DNA of 64,000 nucleotides from Bdellovibrionales bacterium (GTDB lineage Bacteria; Pseudomonadota; Alphaproteobacteria; JAIXQD01): NCBI GenBank assembly GCA_050248995.1, contig JBFWRI010000003.1, positions 28,619 to 92,618 of the forward strand, read 5' to 3'. Shown piece by piece: positions 35,667 to 44,418 of this stretch (position 1 is its first letter; each line of letters starts with the position of its first letter). The notes under the pieces were generated by a model. It saw only the letters and a program-made list of their open reading frames with translations, ran no database searches and was not told where the DNA came from. The position numbers and the translations under genes were made by a program.

Positions 35667-36919
35667 GCAACGGCTTCCAGTGTATCGTCATTCGCCGCTG
35701 TAATGCGTGCCGTTACCAGCGTTGACGGCTCATAACCAACCATCTTCACGGGCGCGAAGCCCGGCGTATGGGCGATATTGCCACGTTCAACCAGCAGTTG
35801 CTGCGTCAACCCGACCTGCCTGTTTAAATACTCACGCACCTTTTCTGCCCCCTTGGCACGCAGGCGGGCGGCGCGTTCCTTGCGCAGTTCATGCGGCACC
35901 GGCGGCATTTTAGCGGCGGGCGTGCCTTCGCGCTCGGAATACGGGAATACGTGCAGCCATGTCAGGTCACATTCATCGACGATGCGTAGTGTGTTCTGGA
36001 ACATGTCCTCGGTTTCCGTCGGGAACCCGGTAATCAGGTCGGCACCGAATGTCATATCCGGGCGGTAGCCCCGCGCGCGCTGTGCCATCTCGATTGCGTC
36101 GGCGCGCAGGTGGCGGCGTTTCATGCGCTTTAAAATCAGGTCGTCGCCATGCTGCAGGCTCATATGCAAATGCGGCATCAGGCGCGGTTCTTCGGCAATC
36201 AGGCGCCACAAATCCTCATCAATCTCGACCGGGTCCAGCGACGACAAACGAAGGCGCGGCAATTCCGGCACCAGCGCCAAGACGCGACGTATCATCTGCC
36301 CCAGTGTCGGCTTGCCCGGCAGGTCGCCACCATAGCTGGTGACATCCACGCCGGTCATGATCACTTCCTTGTAACCCGCGTCCACCAGCTTGCGCACTTC
36401 GGCAGCAATCTCGCCAATCGCCACGCTGCGTGACGGGCCACGGCCATACGGAATGATGCAGAAGGTGCAGCGATGGTCACAGCCGTTCTGCACCTGCAGA
36501 AAGGCGCGCGTACGGCCCTCAAATCCACCGATGATGGTATCAGTTAGATGGCCAGCGGTTTCGCGCACGCTCTGAATGTCGTTGACGATAATGCGCTCGC
36601 CCAAGGGGGTATTAAGCCCCATGAAGGTTTCAGCCTTCAGTTTGGCGTCGTTGCCAATCACATGATCAACTTCCGTCATATCGGCATACATTTCCGGGTG
36701 AATCTGCGCGCTGCAGCCGGTGACGATGATTTTGGCGTTGGGGTTGGCGCGGCGCGCGCGGCGGATGGCCTGCCGGTTTTCGCGTTCGGCACCCGCCGTT
36801 ACCGCGCATGTGTTGATGATAATCACATCATCCATGCCAGCGGCCATGGCGTGGCCACGCATCACTTCGGATTCATAGGTATTGAGGCGGCAGCCCAGCG
36901 TAATCAGCTCGACAGCCAT
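35660..36919 (-). CDS. mtaB: MiaB-like tRNA methylthiotransferase (likely MtaB)
   Basis: N-terminal MTTase domain LGCRLNTYESE. Radical SAM CDHRCTFC. C-terminal TRAM-like region. Gene immediately upstream of ftsY, as in many alphaproteobacteria. Confidence 0.75.
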   Translation of the reverse strand: MAVELITLGCRLNTYESEVMRGHAMAAGMDDVIIINTCAVTAGAERENRQAIRRARRANPNAKIIVTGCSAQIHPEMYADMTEVDHVIGNDAKLKAETFMGLNTPLGERIIVNDIQSVRETAGHLTDTIIGGFEGRTRAFLQVQNGCDHRCTFCIIPYGRGPSRSVAIGEIAAEVRKLVDAGYKEVIMTGVDVTSYGGDLPGKPTLGQMIRRVLALVPELPRLRLSSLDPVEIDEDLWRLIAEEPRLMPHLHMSLQHGDDLILKRMKRRHLRADAIEMAQRARGYRPDMTFGADLITGFPTETEDMFQNTLRIVDECDLTWLHVFPYSEREGTPAAKMPPVPHELRKERAARLRAKGAEKVREYLNRQVGLTQQLLVERGNIAHTPGFAPVKMVGYEPSTLVTARITAANDDTLEAVAC

Positions 36920-36928
36920 CGCCAGACC

Positions 36929-37399
36929 CTACTGGGCTGCAGCAGAGGTAAGCTCGGTCAGGCCGCTGTCGCCTTCGTTGGCAGCGGCTGACGGCGCAAA
37001 CGGATCGGCCGGAACAGCAGGCTGTTCGCCTTCGCCGCCCATGCCGGGCTGCTCGGTCGGCGCGAAGCGGGCGCGTTGCTCGGCTTCATGCTCCTGGATG
37101 ACCTGCACGATGCGGAAGAAGTGTTCCGCGTGCTGGTAATAATTCTCGGCATCAATGCGCTCTCCCGCTTCACGGGCCAGCGTCATGTACTTTTCATAAA
37201 CCTGGAATGCATTGCCGCGTACACGCACGCCTTCGGGGCCATGGCTGTCGAAAATCTGGTTACGCAGCGGAACCTGCTGCTGGCGATTCATCCCGCCACC
37301 ACCGCCGCCACGGTTTCCACCGCCACCACCACGATTGTTGCGATGACCGCCGCGCCCACCATGGCGCCGGTGCCCACTCTGACCATTTTGCTGATGCAT
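36929..37399 (-). CDS. DUF4167 domain protein with Gly/Arg-rich N-terminus
   Basis: RGNAFQVYEKYMTLAREAGERIDAENYYQHAEHFFRI matches the DUF4167 core. Confidence 0.65.
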   Translation of the reverse strand: MHQQNGQSGHRRHGGRGGHRNNRGGGGGNRGGGGGGMNRQQQVPLRNQIFDSHGPEGVRVRGNAFQVYEKYMTLAREAGERIDAENYYQHAEHFFRIVQVIQEHEAEQRARFAPTEQPGMGGEGEQPAVPADPFAPSAAANEGDSGLTELTSAAAQ

Positions 37400-37530
37400 T
37401 ATGTATCCTTATAGCGTGTTGCTGATTGCAGCGACTTCGTCAGTCCATTCTGTGCAGCCCATTATTGGCCAGCACTCTGCATGCCGGTAAACTAGCAGGC
37501 GGTTTGGGCGAAAGCAAACGCTATTTTTAC

Positions 37531-38373
37531 CTAAAAACCAAATAAAAGCGCGCGGTTAATGCCCGCCAGATCGGCTTTTTGCGTTCTTAAAATAAACCCG
37601 TTATCGCTGGCGATTTTCACCACGTCATCGGTTTGACCCTGCCCGATTTCAACGGCAACCATGCCGCCGTCATTCAAAAACTTCTGGGCGTTCGCAAAAA
37701 TAGTTTTGTACGCATCCAGCCCGTCGGCGCCGCCATCCAACGCGGCGTGCGGGTCATGGTCGCGCACTTCGGTTTGCAGGGCACCGATATCCTGCGTGCG
37801 AACGTACGGCGGGTTGCTGACGATGACATCGAATGTACCGCTGACATTTTCAAACCAGTCGCTTTGAATAAAATCGGCATCAATCTCCAGACCACGTGCG
37901 TTCTGTTGCGCCTGCACCAGTGCCTTGTCGCTGATATCAACGCCAGTACCCCGCGCATCGCGCATGTTATGCAGCAGCGTCAGCAGAATACAGCCGGTGC
38001 CGGTACCAAGGTCCAGCAGGCGGGCGTTTTCCGGCGCTTCTTCCAGCACCAGTTCGACCAACGCTTCCGTATCGGCGCGGGGCGACAACGTCGCTTCGTT
38101 CAGGCCGAAATTCAGGCCGTAAAACTCGCGAGTACCGCGAATGCGGTCCAACGGCTCGCCCGCGGCCCGGCGCGCGGCCAGCATGTTGATCTTCGCTTCT
38201 TCCATCGCGCTTAAATCGCGGTCGACCAGCAAATCGGCGCGGCTGGCATTCAGGGCAATGCTAAGCAAATAGCTGGTTTCACGCGCCGCATCGTCCACGC
38301 CCGCATTGCGCAAAAAGGTCGCCACCTTGGGGCGTAGTTCAGCCAAGCTCGGCAAGACGCTCCGCCTCATCAT
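37531..38373 (-). CDS. prmC: release factor glutamine methyltransferase PrmC (HemK)
   Basis: NPPY motif (VIVSNPPYV) and SAM-binding [10 protein letters not shown]. Overlaps the prfA 3' end. Start uncertain: ATGATG at 38373/38370, or TTG at 38391. Confidence 0.85.
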   Translation of the reverse strand: MMRRSVLPSLAELRPKVATFLRNAGVDDAARETSYLLSIALNASRADLLVDRDLSAMEEAKINMLAARRAAGEPLDRIRGTREFYGLNFGLNEATLSPRADTEALVELVLEEAPENARLLDLGTGTGCILLTLLHNMRDARGTGVDISDKALVQAQQNARGLEIDADFIQSDWFENVSGTFDVIVSNPPYVRTQDIGALQTEVRDHDPHAALDGGADGLDAYKTIFANAQKFLNDGGMVAVEIGQGQTDDVVKIASDNGFILRTQKADLAGINRALLFGF

Positions 38374-39400
38374 GTGCGAGCAGCTGCTCAATCACCGGGT
38401 CCAGCGCCGTGCCGGCCATCACACCTTCAAGATTATAGACCGTGTAATCAATGCGGTGGTCGGTCACGCGGTTCTGCGGGAAGTTATAGGTGCGAATGCG
38501 TTCGCTGCGGTCGCCGCTGCCCACCTGCCCCTTACGATCCGCCGCGCGGGCCGAGGCCAGCGATTGCCGCTGCGCTTCATAAATGCGTGACTTCAGCAGC
38601 TTCATCGCCTTAGCCTTGTTCTTGTGCTGGCTGCGCTCTTCCTGCATCGCCACCACCGTGCCCGTGGGAATGTGCGTGATACGCACAGCGCTGTCGGTCT
38701 TGTTGACGTGCTGACCGCCGGCACCGGATGCGCGGTACACATCAATGCGCAGGTCTTTATCCAGAATTTCGATATCCACATCTTCCGCTTCCGGCAGCAC
38801 GGCCACGGTGGCGGCCGATGTATGCACGCGCCCGCCTGCTTCGGTAACAGGAACCCGCTGCACGCGGTGCACGCCGCTTTCAAATTTCAAGCGCTGGAAC
38901 ACATTGCGGCCTGTAATGCCAGCAACGCCTTCTTTCAAGCCGCCAAGATCGCTTTCCGACACTTCGTAAACCTCGAATGTCCAGCCCATCTGCTGCGCGT
39001 ACAATTTGTACATGTTGAACAGTTCGCCCGCGAACAGCGCCGCTTCCTGCCCGCCGGTACCGGCGCGCACTTCCAGGATGGCGTTCATCGCATCGGCTTC
39101 ATCTTTCGGCAGCAGCGCTAACTGCACCTTGCGTTCCAGCTCGGGTAGCAGCGGCTTCACCCGCTCGATCTCGGCTTGCGCCATACTGCGCATTTCCGGG
39201 TCGCCCAGCATTGCTTCGGCGCCTTCCATATCTGCCTTGGCGCGGTTATAGGCCACAATCGCCTGCACAATCGGCTCCAGTTCAGAGTATTCCTTGCTGG
39301 CCTTTACAAACGCTTCGCCGGTCAGCGTGCCCGACGACAACAGGTCACCGACTTCAGCGAAGCGGAACTCCAGTGACTTTAATTTCTCTAAAAAACTCAT
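38339..39400 (-). CDS. prfA: peptide chain release factor 1
   Basis: GGQ motif ([25 protein letters not shown]), RF1-type domain order. Start at MSFLEKLKS. Confidence 0.95.
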   Translation of the reverse strand: MSFLEKLKSLEFRFAEVGDLLSSGTLTGEAFVKASKEYSELEPIVQAIVAYNRAKADMEGAEAMLGDPEMRSMAQAEIERVKPLLPELERKVQLALLPKDEADAMNAILEVRAGTGGQEAALFAGELFNMYKLYAQQMGWTFEVYEVSESDLGGLKEGVAGITGRNVFQRLKFESGVHRVQRVPVTEAGGRVHTSAATVAVLPEAEDVDIEILDKDLRIDVYRASGAGGQHVNKTDSAVRITHIPTGTVVAMQEERSQHKNKAKAMKLLKSRIYEAQRQSLASARAADRKGQVGSGDRSERIRTYNFPQNRVTDHRIDYTVYNLEGVMAGTALDPVIEQLLAHDEAERLAELG

Positions 39401-39502
39401 GGAAATGTGATAGCGGACCAAGCGCCACTAATAAAGAGGAATAAAGCCAGAATTACGTTAGGGCGTGGGGTTGCTGTAAGTTTATATCTTGCAGGCAATT
39501 CG

Positions 39503-39610
39503 CTGCACCGAGTCAGGTATTGCGCCCGACGAGAGCCGGCGCGCAGCGTATACTTGATACGTGAGCACCGGAAGCGCAGTCGGGCGCAATAGATGACCGG
39601 TGCAGTTAGG
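39503..39610. repeat. structured intergenic element, copy A of an approximately 85-nt repeat, embedded in nested inverted repeats
   Basis: Outer inverted repeat CTGCACCG (39503-39510) / CGGTGCAG (39598-39605). Inner perfect 13-bp inverted repeat TATTGCGCCCGAC (39518-39530) / GTCGGGCGCAATA (39579-39591). The core GAGAGCCGGCGCGCAGCGTATACTTGATACGTGAGCACCGGAAGCGCAGTCGG recurs at 41061. Confidence 0.5.
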
Positions 39611-39615
39611 ATTGC

Positions 39616-40008
39616 CTAGGCAACGACGCACTGTTCGATATCGCGGAGCATCAGGCCCTCTTCATGGCTCAGCTCCATGCGCAGCTTGGGGTCCATGAAT
39701 TCGCGACTCACTTCGCCGGCGCGGTGGCCGATCAGGTGATCGAACACACGCTTCAGGGTCAGCTTGCGCTCCAGCTCGGCCAGCAGGGCCGCCAGTTTTT
39801 CCTCGATGATTTTTTGTTCGGCAAGAATCGCTTCCAGCGCCGCGCCATCATACGTTGCGCCGCGCTTCTGCCAGCAGGCCGCTTCGGACAGCCGCAGCGC
39901 GCCGATTTCCTTGCACAGTGTTGCGATGGATTCCTGGGTCGGGGTGAGGATGCCTTTCTTGATAAGGCCGATCTCGTCCGCCCCGCGATGCAGTCCCTTG
40001 TTTCTCAT
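39616..40008 (-). CDS. hypothetical protein (130 aa)
   Basis: SD AGGGGCGG upstream of ATG. Predicted helical. No confident family. Confidence 0.5.
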   Translation of the reverse strand: MRNKGLHRGADEIGLIKKGILTPTQESIATLCKEIGALRLSEAACWQKRGATYDGAALEAILAEQKIIEEKLAALLAELERKLTLKRVFDHLIGHRAGEVSREFMDPKLRMELSHEEGLMLRDIEQCVVA

Positions 40009-40335
40009 ATCCGCCCCTTTCTATGCTCGCCCTTAATTGCACTCTTCTATGCCATCTATTGTCGCAACCCGGCCTTAAGCGGATATTAAAATTCTGGTCG
40101 CGAAAGAATCGGTTTTCTATTTGTAAGTCAGTAAGTTAGATAAAAATCGTATGTTTCTTAAAAAGAAAATACTTCTTGTTTTAGAGAACTAAGCGTGCTA
40201 TATAAGACAGGAATATAGAGCCTGGAGTGGTGACCGGACCCGCAATTGCTCAGCGCATACATACGCAGGAAGATTTGTCGGAAAATTGAATCGACTAACG
40301 CATTGAATAAGGCCGACGATTTCGTGACCCCCCCT

Positions 40336-40998
40336 CTAGTTGGGCATCGCGTCGATAAGTGGCTGTGACGCAGGGTTCATCGCTGTGCGGTCCAGCAGGA
40401 TAGCGGCCGGGGTTGTGCCCTTGCCGTAGAATTCTTCGTTATAGCTCTGGCGCGGTGAAATCACGGTGCCATCCAGCGCAATGCCGGCGAACACGCCCGA
40501 TGACTTGGCGAAGGCATACATATCGGCCTTGGTATCCATACCAGTCGATGCCTGGGCGCCAGCGCCGATTTCGCCCAGTGCGACGTTGGCATCAGCCCCC
40601 AGCGTCACCTTGTTGTTCATGATCGCCTGCAGGCCCTTTTCCGTCATGATGGTGATGATCAGCTGCGACGACTGGGCGCCGATCTGCAGGCCATAGCTAA
40701 GCCCGCCCAGCGTATAAAAGGCAGGATTGCTCCACTTGCCCTCGCTGTCCTTCGACAACAGCACGGCATTGCCGCCACGACCGCCGATGAAGAAGCCCAC
40801 CTTGATCATGTTGGGCACAATCAGGATGGCCTTGGCCCGGGTGGCAAGATCCAGCAGGTAAGGATAATTGGGATCCGAAAACAGGCCCTCGGCTGTCACG
40901 CGCGCCTTATCGACCGTTTCTTCGGGTTCCGACATGGCAAAAGCCGAGCTCGTCAGAACAAAAGAGAAAAGCACGATAAGAGAGAGAAGTTTCTTCAT
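40336..40998 (-). CDS. SYLF (DUF500/Ysc84-like) lipid-binding domain protein with signal peptide
   Basis: Signal MKKLLSLIVLFSFVLTSSAFA. YPYLLDLATRAKAILIVPNMIKVGFFIGGRGGNAVLL ... LGGLSYGLQIGAQ pattern is typical of the SYLF domain. Confidence 0.6.
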   Translation of the reverse strand: MKKLLSLIVLFSFVLTSSAFAMSEPEETVDKARVTAEGLFSDPNYPYLLDLATRAKAILIVPNMIKVGFFIGGRGGNAVLLSKDSEGKWSNPAFYTLGGLSYGLQIGAQSSQLIITIMTEKGLQAIMNNKVTLGADANVALGEIGAGAQASTGMDTKADMYAFAKSSGVFAGIALDGTVISPRQSYNEEFYGKGTTPAAILLDRTAMNPASQPLIDAMPN

Positions 40999-41060
40999 GT
41001 GCGTGTACCTTATCTTTGTTTTCTTGATTGCGCTAGGCTGCGGCATATAACGACAGCGCC

Positions 41061-41144
41061 GAGAACCGGAGCGGAGTGTACGCTTAGTACATGAGCACCG
41101 GAAGCGCAGGCGGTTAAGTTAGATGCCCGGCATAGTTAGCAATC
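41061..41144. repeat. copy B of the approximately 85-nt intergenic repeat (direct orientation relative to copy A)
   Basis: GAGAACCGGAGCGGAGTGTACGCTTAGTACATGAGCACCGGAAGCGCAGGCGGTTAAGTTAGATGCCCGGCATAGTTAGCAATC. About 73% identical to 39531-39614 with an identical 19/20 core ATGAGCACCGGAAGCGCAG. Confidence 0.5.
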
Positions 41145-41985
41145 AGCCAGCCTGTGAGGCGACCAGCATGACCAGCATTGATAGCTCGACGATTTGCTGT
41201 GTTGCACCCAGCACATCGCGGGTAAACCCGCCGATCTGACGCTGTGCAAGCACCGCAACCGCCAACGCTGCCAGCAGGCCCGCACCCAGCATCAGGCCGG
41301 CCGCCGTAGCGTCAGCCAAGAATAACGTGATTAACACGGCGAAAATAAGGCTGATTGTCAGGCGTTCGCCCGAAGGCTTGCCCAGCTGGGCAACAGGATC
41401 GTCGGCCCGCACCGGGCCCAGCCATGCGGCCACCAGCGGCATCAGCACGCGCGACCATACACAGGCGATGACAAGGCCGGCGAAAACCGTATCGCTGGAA
41501 CTGAGGCTGGAAATGGCGCCGGCTTTTGTAATCAGCGACAGGGTAACGACGACCGTGCCATAGGTGCCGATACGGCTGTCCTGCATGATTTCCAGTTTTT
41601 GTTCGCGTGTGGCACCACCGCCAAAACCGTCGGACATGTTGGCAAGGCCGCCTTCATGTAGCGCGCCTGAAATCCAAATCATACCGGCCAATGCCAACGG
41701 CGCTGTGACAAAAGGTGTCATGCCCATCAGGCTGCCGATACCGTCGATCGCCGCACCGAATGCGCCGATCACAAGGCCGATGAACGGGAACCAGATGATC
41801 GATTCCTGCATCACGCCTTCGGGCCACTGGCGGTCTTGGAAGATGCGAAAACGGGTCAGGATTTTGATGGCGGCTGCCAGGCGCGCCAGGGCGCGGATGG
41901 AAAGGCGCCGCGGAATACCGCCGCCCGGGTTGCCATTCGGCTTCTCGGATTCGGTCGGTGCGGCGGCGGGTGATGTATCGGTCAT
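41143..41985 (-). CDS. cobS: adenosylcobinamide-GDP ribazoletransferase (cobalamin synthase) family
   Basis: ALHEGGLANMSDGFGGGATREQKLEIMQDSRIGTYG matches the CobS HxDGLAD..G...R....MKDSRIG region. Multi-TM. Confidence 0.7.
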   Translation of the reverse strand: MTDTSPAAAPTESEKPNGNPGGGIPRRLSIRALARLAAAIKILTRFRIFQDRQWPEGVMQESIIWFPFIGLVIGAFGAAIDGIGSLMGMTPFVTAPLALAGMIWISGALHEGGLANMSDGFGGGATREQKLEIMQDSRIGTYGTVVVTLSLITKAGAISSLSSSDTVFAGLVIACVWSRVLMPLVAAWLGPVRADDPVAQLGKPSGERLTISLIFAVLITLFLADATAAGLMLGAGLLAALAVAVLAQRQIGGFTRDVLGATQQIVELSMLVMLVASQAG

Positions 41986-42035
41986 GGTGCTTGCCCATAT
42001 TAAGCAAGCCCGGCGATTTGGGAAGGGCCACGTTG

Positions 42036-42902
42036 TTACCGCTTCAGGCGGCGCTCCTGTGCGCGGGCGACAATATGGACATGACGGCCAAGGCCGGGGT
42101 CGGTGAAGGCTTCTTTGGCTAGGCGCAGGCGGTGTTCTTCCAGCGCCCTCATCCGGGTGACCGGTGCCACGCCCAGCGCCGAACGACGACGGCGCAGGGA
42201 TCTTAAAGTGTGCCGCGTATGCACTTGCTGTTGACCCGAAGCTTTGTTGATACGGTTCAGTGTCTCTTGCGCGGCCGCTTGCACATTTGCATTGGTGTCA
42301 GCCTTCACGACCGCACGCAAAATTCCTGTCAAATCGCCCACGGTAACGCGGGCGCTTGCCGGCATGGTCCTAGCGTGTTCGTTCAGCACCTCATTATCGA
42401 TCTTCTCATAAACGCGCCATAGCGCCGCGCACGCGCTGGCCCGCAAGGCCGCTGATTCCGACATAAGACATATGTTAATATGCCCCAGCAAAGGCTCGCG
42501 AGCCAAAAGCGATGTCGTGTTTCCGCTCTGAATAATAACGGACCAGACCATCAATGAAAAATCACCGTCATCTTGGTAGGGCCCGCACAGCCTTTTAATC
42601 ATCGGACCCACCTGCTGCCAGAATTCAGCCGGGCCTGCTGCGGCCAGATTCTTTTGCAGCGAGGATGCGAAACGTGTGGCGATCCCCTTCATGTCGTTTT
42701 CATCGGTCAGACGGTCAAATGCCGTATCAACGCAATTCTCGGCATGGCGTTTGCGGCGGACACGCTTGTTCCGTGCCTCGGCATTGGCGCTCAGGATGGG
42801 AATGGCTTTTTCTTTGACGGTCTTTTTAAGGCGAATACGCTTTTGGCCGCGATCGGTAGCGGCTTCTGCCTCTAATCTGTGGGCGCGGTCTGCGGCGTTC
42901 AC
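42036..42902 (-). CDS. hypothetical protein (288 aa; possibly helical-repeat)
   Basis: Long ORF with basic termini. No motif recognised. Confidence 0.4.
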   Translation of the reverse strand: MNAADRAHRLEAEAATDRGQKRIRLKKTVKEKAIPILSANAEARNKRVRRKRHAENCVDTAFDRLTDENDMKGIATRFASSLQKNLAAAGPAEFWQQVGPMIKRLCGPYQDDGDFSLMVWSVIIQSGNTTSLLAREPLLGHINICLMSESAALRASACAALWRVYEKIDNEVLNEHARTMPASARVTVGDLTGILRAVVKADTNANVQAAAQETLNRINKASGQQQVHTRHTLRSLRRRRSALGVAPVTRMRALEEHRLRLAKEAFTDPGLGRHVHIVARAQERRLKR

Positions 42903-42988
42903 AGTGTCGGGGTTCCCCAGTTGAAAGTTGTAACTTTCTTCTTATGGGCGCCGAGTATAGGGGGGCGGTCCGGGTTTTTAAAGAAAAA

Positions 42989-43987
42989 TCATGCGGCCAG
43001 CAGGCTGGTCACATCAATCATCCGGTTAACAAAGCCCCACTCGTTATCGTACCAGGCCAGAACCCGCACAAACGTACCGTCCACCACCTTTGTCTCGCCC
43101 AAGGCGACTGTGGCCGAATGCGGATCATGGTTAAAATCACTGGAAACAAGGGGCTTATCGGTCACAGCCATAACGCCGTTCATGCCGGCTGCCGCTTTAA
43201 CCAAAGCAGCGTTAACTTCCTCGATCGTCACAGGGCGGGTAACCACGGCTGTTAAATCGATCATCGACACGTTGGCAGTCGGCACCCGAACAGCCACGCC
43301 ATCCAGCTTGCCTTTCAGCTCCGGCAGAACCTTGAATACAGCCTTGGCCGCACCGGTTGATGCCGGAACCATATTCTGCGCAGCAGCACGGGCGCGCTGC
43401 AGGTCATCGTGCGCCGTATCAACCAACCGCTGGTCGGCGGTGTAACTATGTACCGTTGTTACAAAACCATGAACGATGCCAAAAGCCTGCTGCAGGGCAA
43501 CAACAACCGGCACAAGGCAGTTGGTCGTGCACGAGCCATTGGCGATAATGCTATGACCAGCCTTCACATCCTTGTGGTTAACGCCATAGACAACCGTAAT
43601 GTCTTCATCTGTTGCGGGGGCTGAGATAAACACGCGCTTCGCCCCTGCAGACAGATGCTTGGCAGCAGCGTCGCGCTTGGTGAAACGGCCCGAGCACTCT
43701 AGAACAATATCGATCCCCATATCTTTCCAGGGCAGCTTTGCGGGGTCGCTCTCATGCACCATCGCAATTTTATGGTTGCCGATCATCAGTTCTTCGCCGC
43801 TGACGCTCACACTTTGCTTCAGGCGACCGTGTACGCTGTCGAATTGCAGCAGATGGGCGCTGGTGGGTACAGGCGCCAGTTCGTTGATGGCAACAACCTG
43901 AAACGGCAGGTTCTGGTGTTCAAGATAGGCCCGCAACGTCAGGCGACCGATACGGCCGAACCCATTTATCGCGACGCGAGCCGTCAT
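42989..43987 (-). CDS. gap: glyceraldehyde-3-phosphate dehydrogenase (type I)
   Basis: Start MTARVAINGFGRIGR. Active-site SCTTNCL. WYDNEWG near the C-terminus. Confidence 0.85.
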   Translation of the reverse strand: MTARVAINGFGRIGRLTLRAYLEHQNLPFQVVAINELAPVPTSAHLLQFDSVHGRLKQSVSVSGEELMIGNHKIAMVHESDPAKLPWKDMGIDIVLECSGRFTKRDAAAKHLSAGAKRVFISAPATDEDITVVYGVNHKDVKAGHSIIANGSCTTNCLVPVVVALQQAFGIVHGFVTTVHSYTADQRLVDTAHDDLQRARAAAQNMVPASTGAAKAVFKVLPELKGKLDGVAVRVPTANVSMIDLTAVVTRPVTIEEVNAALVKAAAGMNGVMAVTDKPLVSSDFNHDPHSATVALGETKVVDGTFVRVLAWYDNEWGFVNRMIDVTSLLAA

Positions 43988-43992
43988 ATCCG

Positions 43993-44418
43993 CTACTGCG
44001 CGTAAGCGGGGGCTTCGCCCGAGCCGCCGCGATAGAAGTGACAACTTAACTCGCACTTGCCGTTGCCCTTATCGTCAATACAACAAATGGGCCACTGCGT
44101 AGAGGCTCCTAAGCCAGGTCCCTTTGGGGCATACGATTCAGGTAAAGCACATTTTTCATAAGTGCCTTCGTTTTCAAAGAGCGTCAGCATCCCCTCTGGG
44201 AACCCAAGACGGGTTGTTGCGCATTGATTGGCGAGCGCAAGAACCTGCTCCTGCGTAATACTAGCACGGCAATCAAATGCATTTCCGCACGGAACACTGG
44301 TGAAGAGTTGGGCTGCATTAAACGGCGGGACATTATAGATATTGCCAGGGGGCGGTGTTCCGGCCTGCGCATTCAGACCTGCGATTAAAAGCATAAGCAG
44401 TGCAAAAATATATTTCAT
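43993..44418 (-). CDS. small secreted Cys-rich protein, translationally coupled to minor pilin gene
   Basis: 141 aa. Signal MKYIFALLMLLIAGLNAQA. 9 Cys. ATGA overlap with the upstream gene. Confidence 0.5.
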   Translation of the reverse strand: MKYIFALLMLLIAGLNAQAGTPPPGNIYNVPPFNAAQLFTSVPCGNAFDCRASITQEQVLALANQCATTRLGFPEGMLTLFENEGTYEKCALPESYAPKGPGLGASTQWPICCIDDKGNGKCELSCHFYRGGSGEAPAYAQ

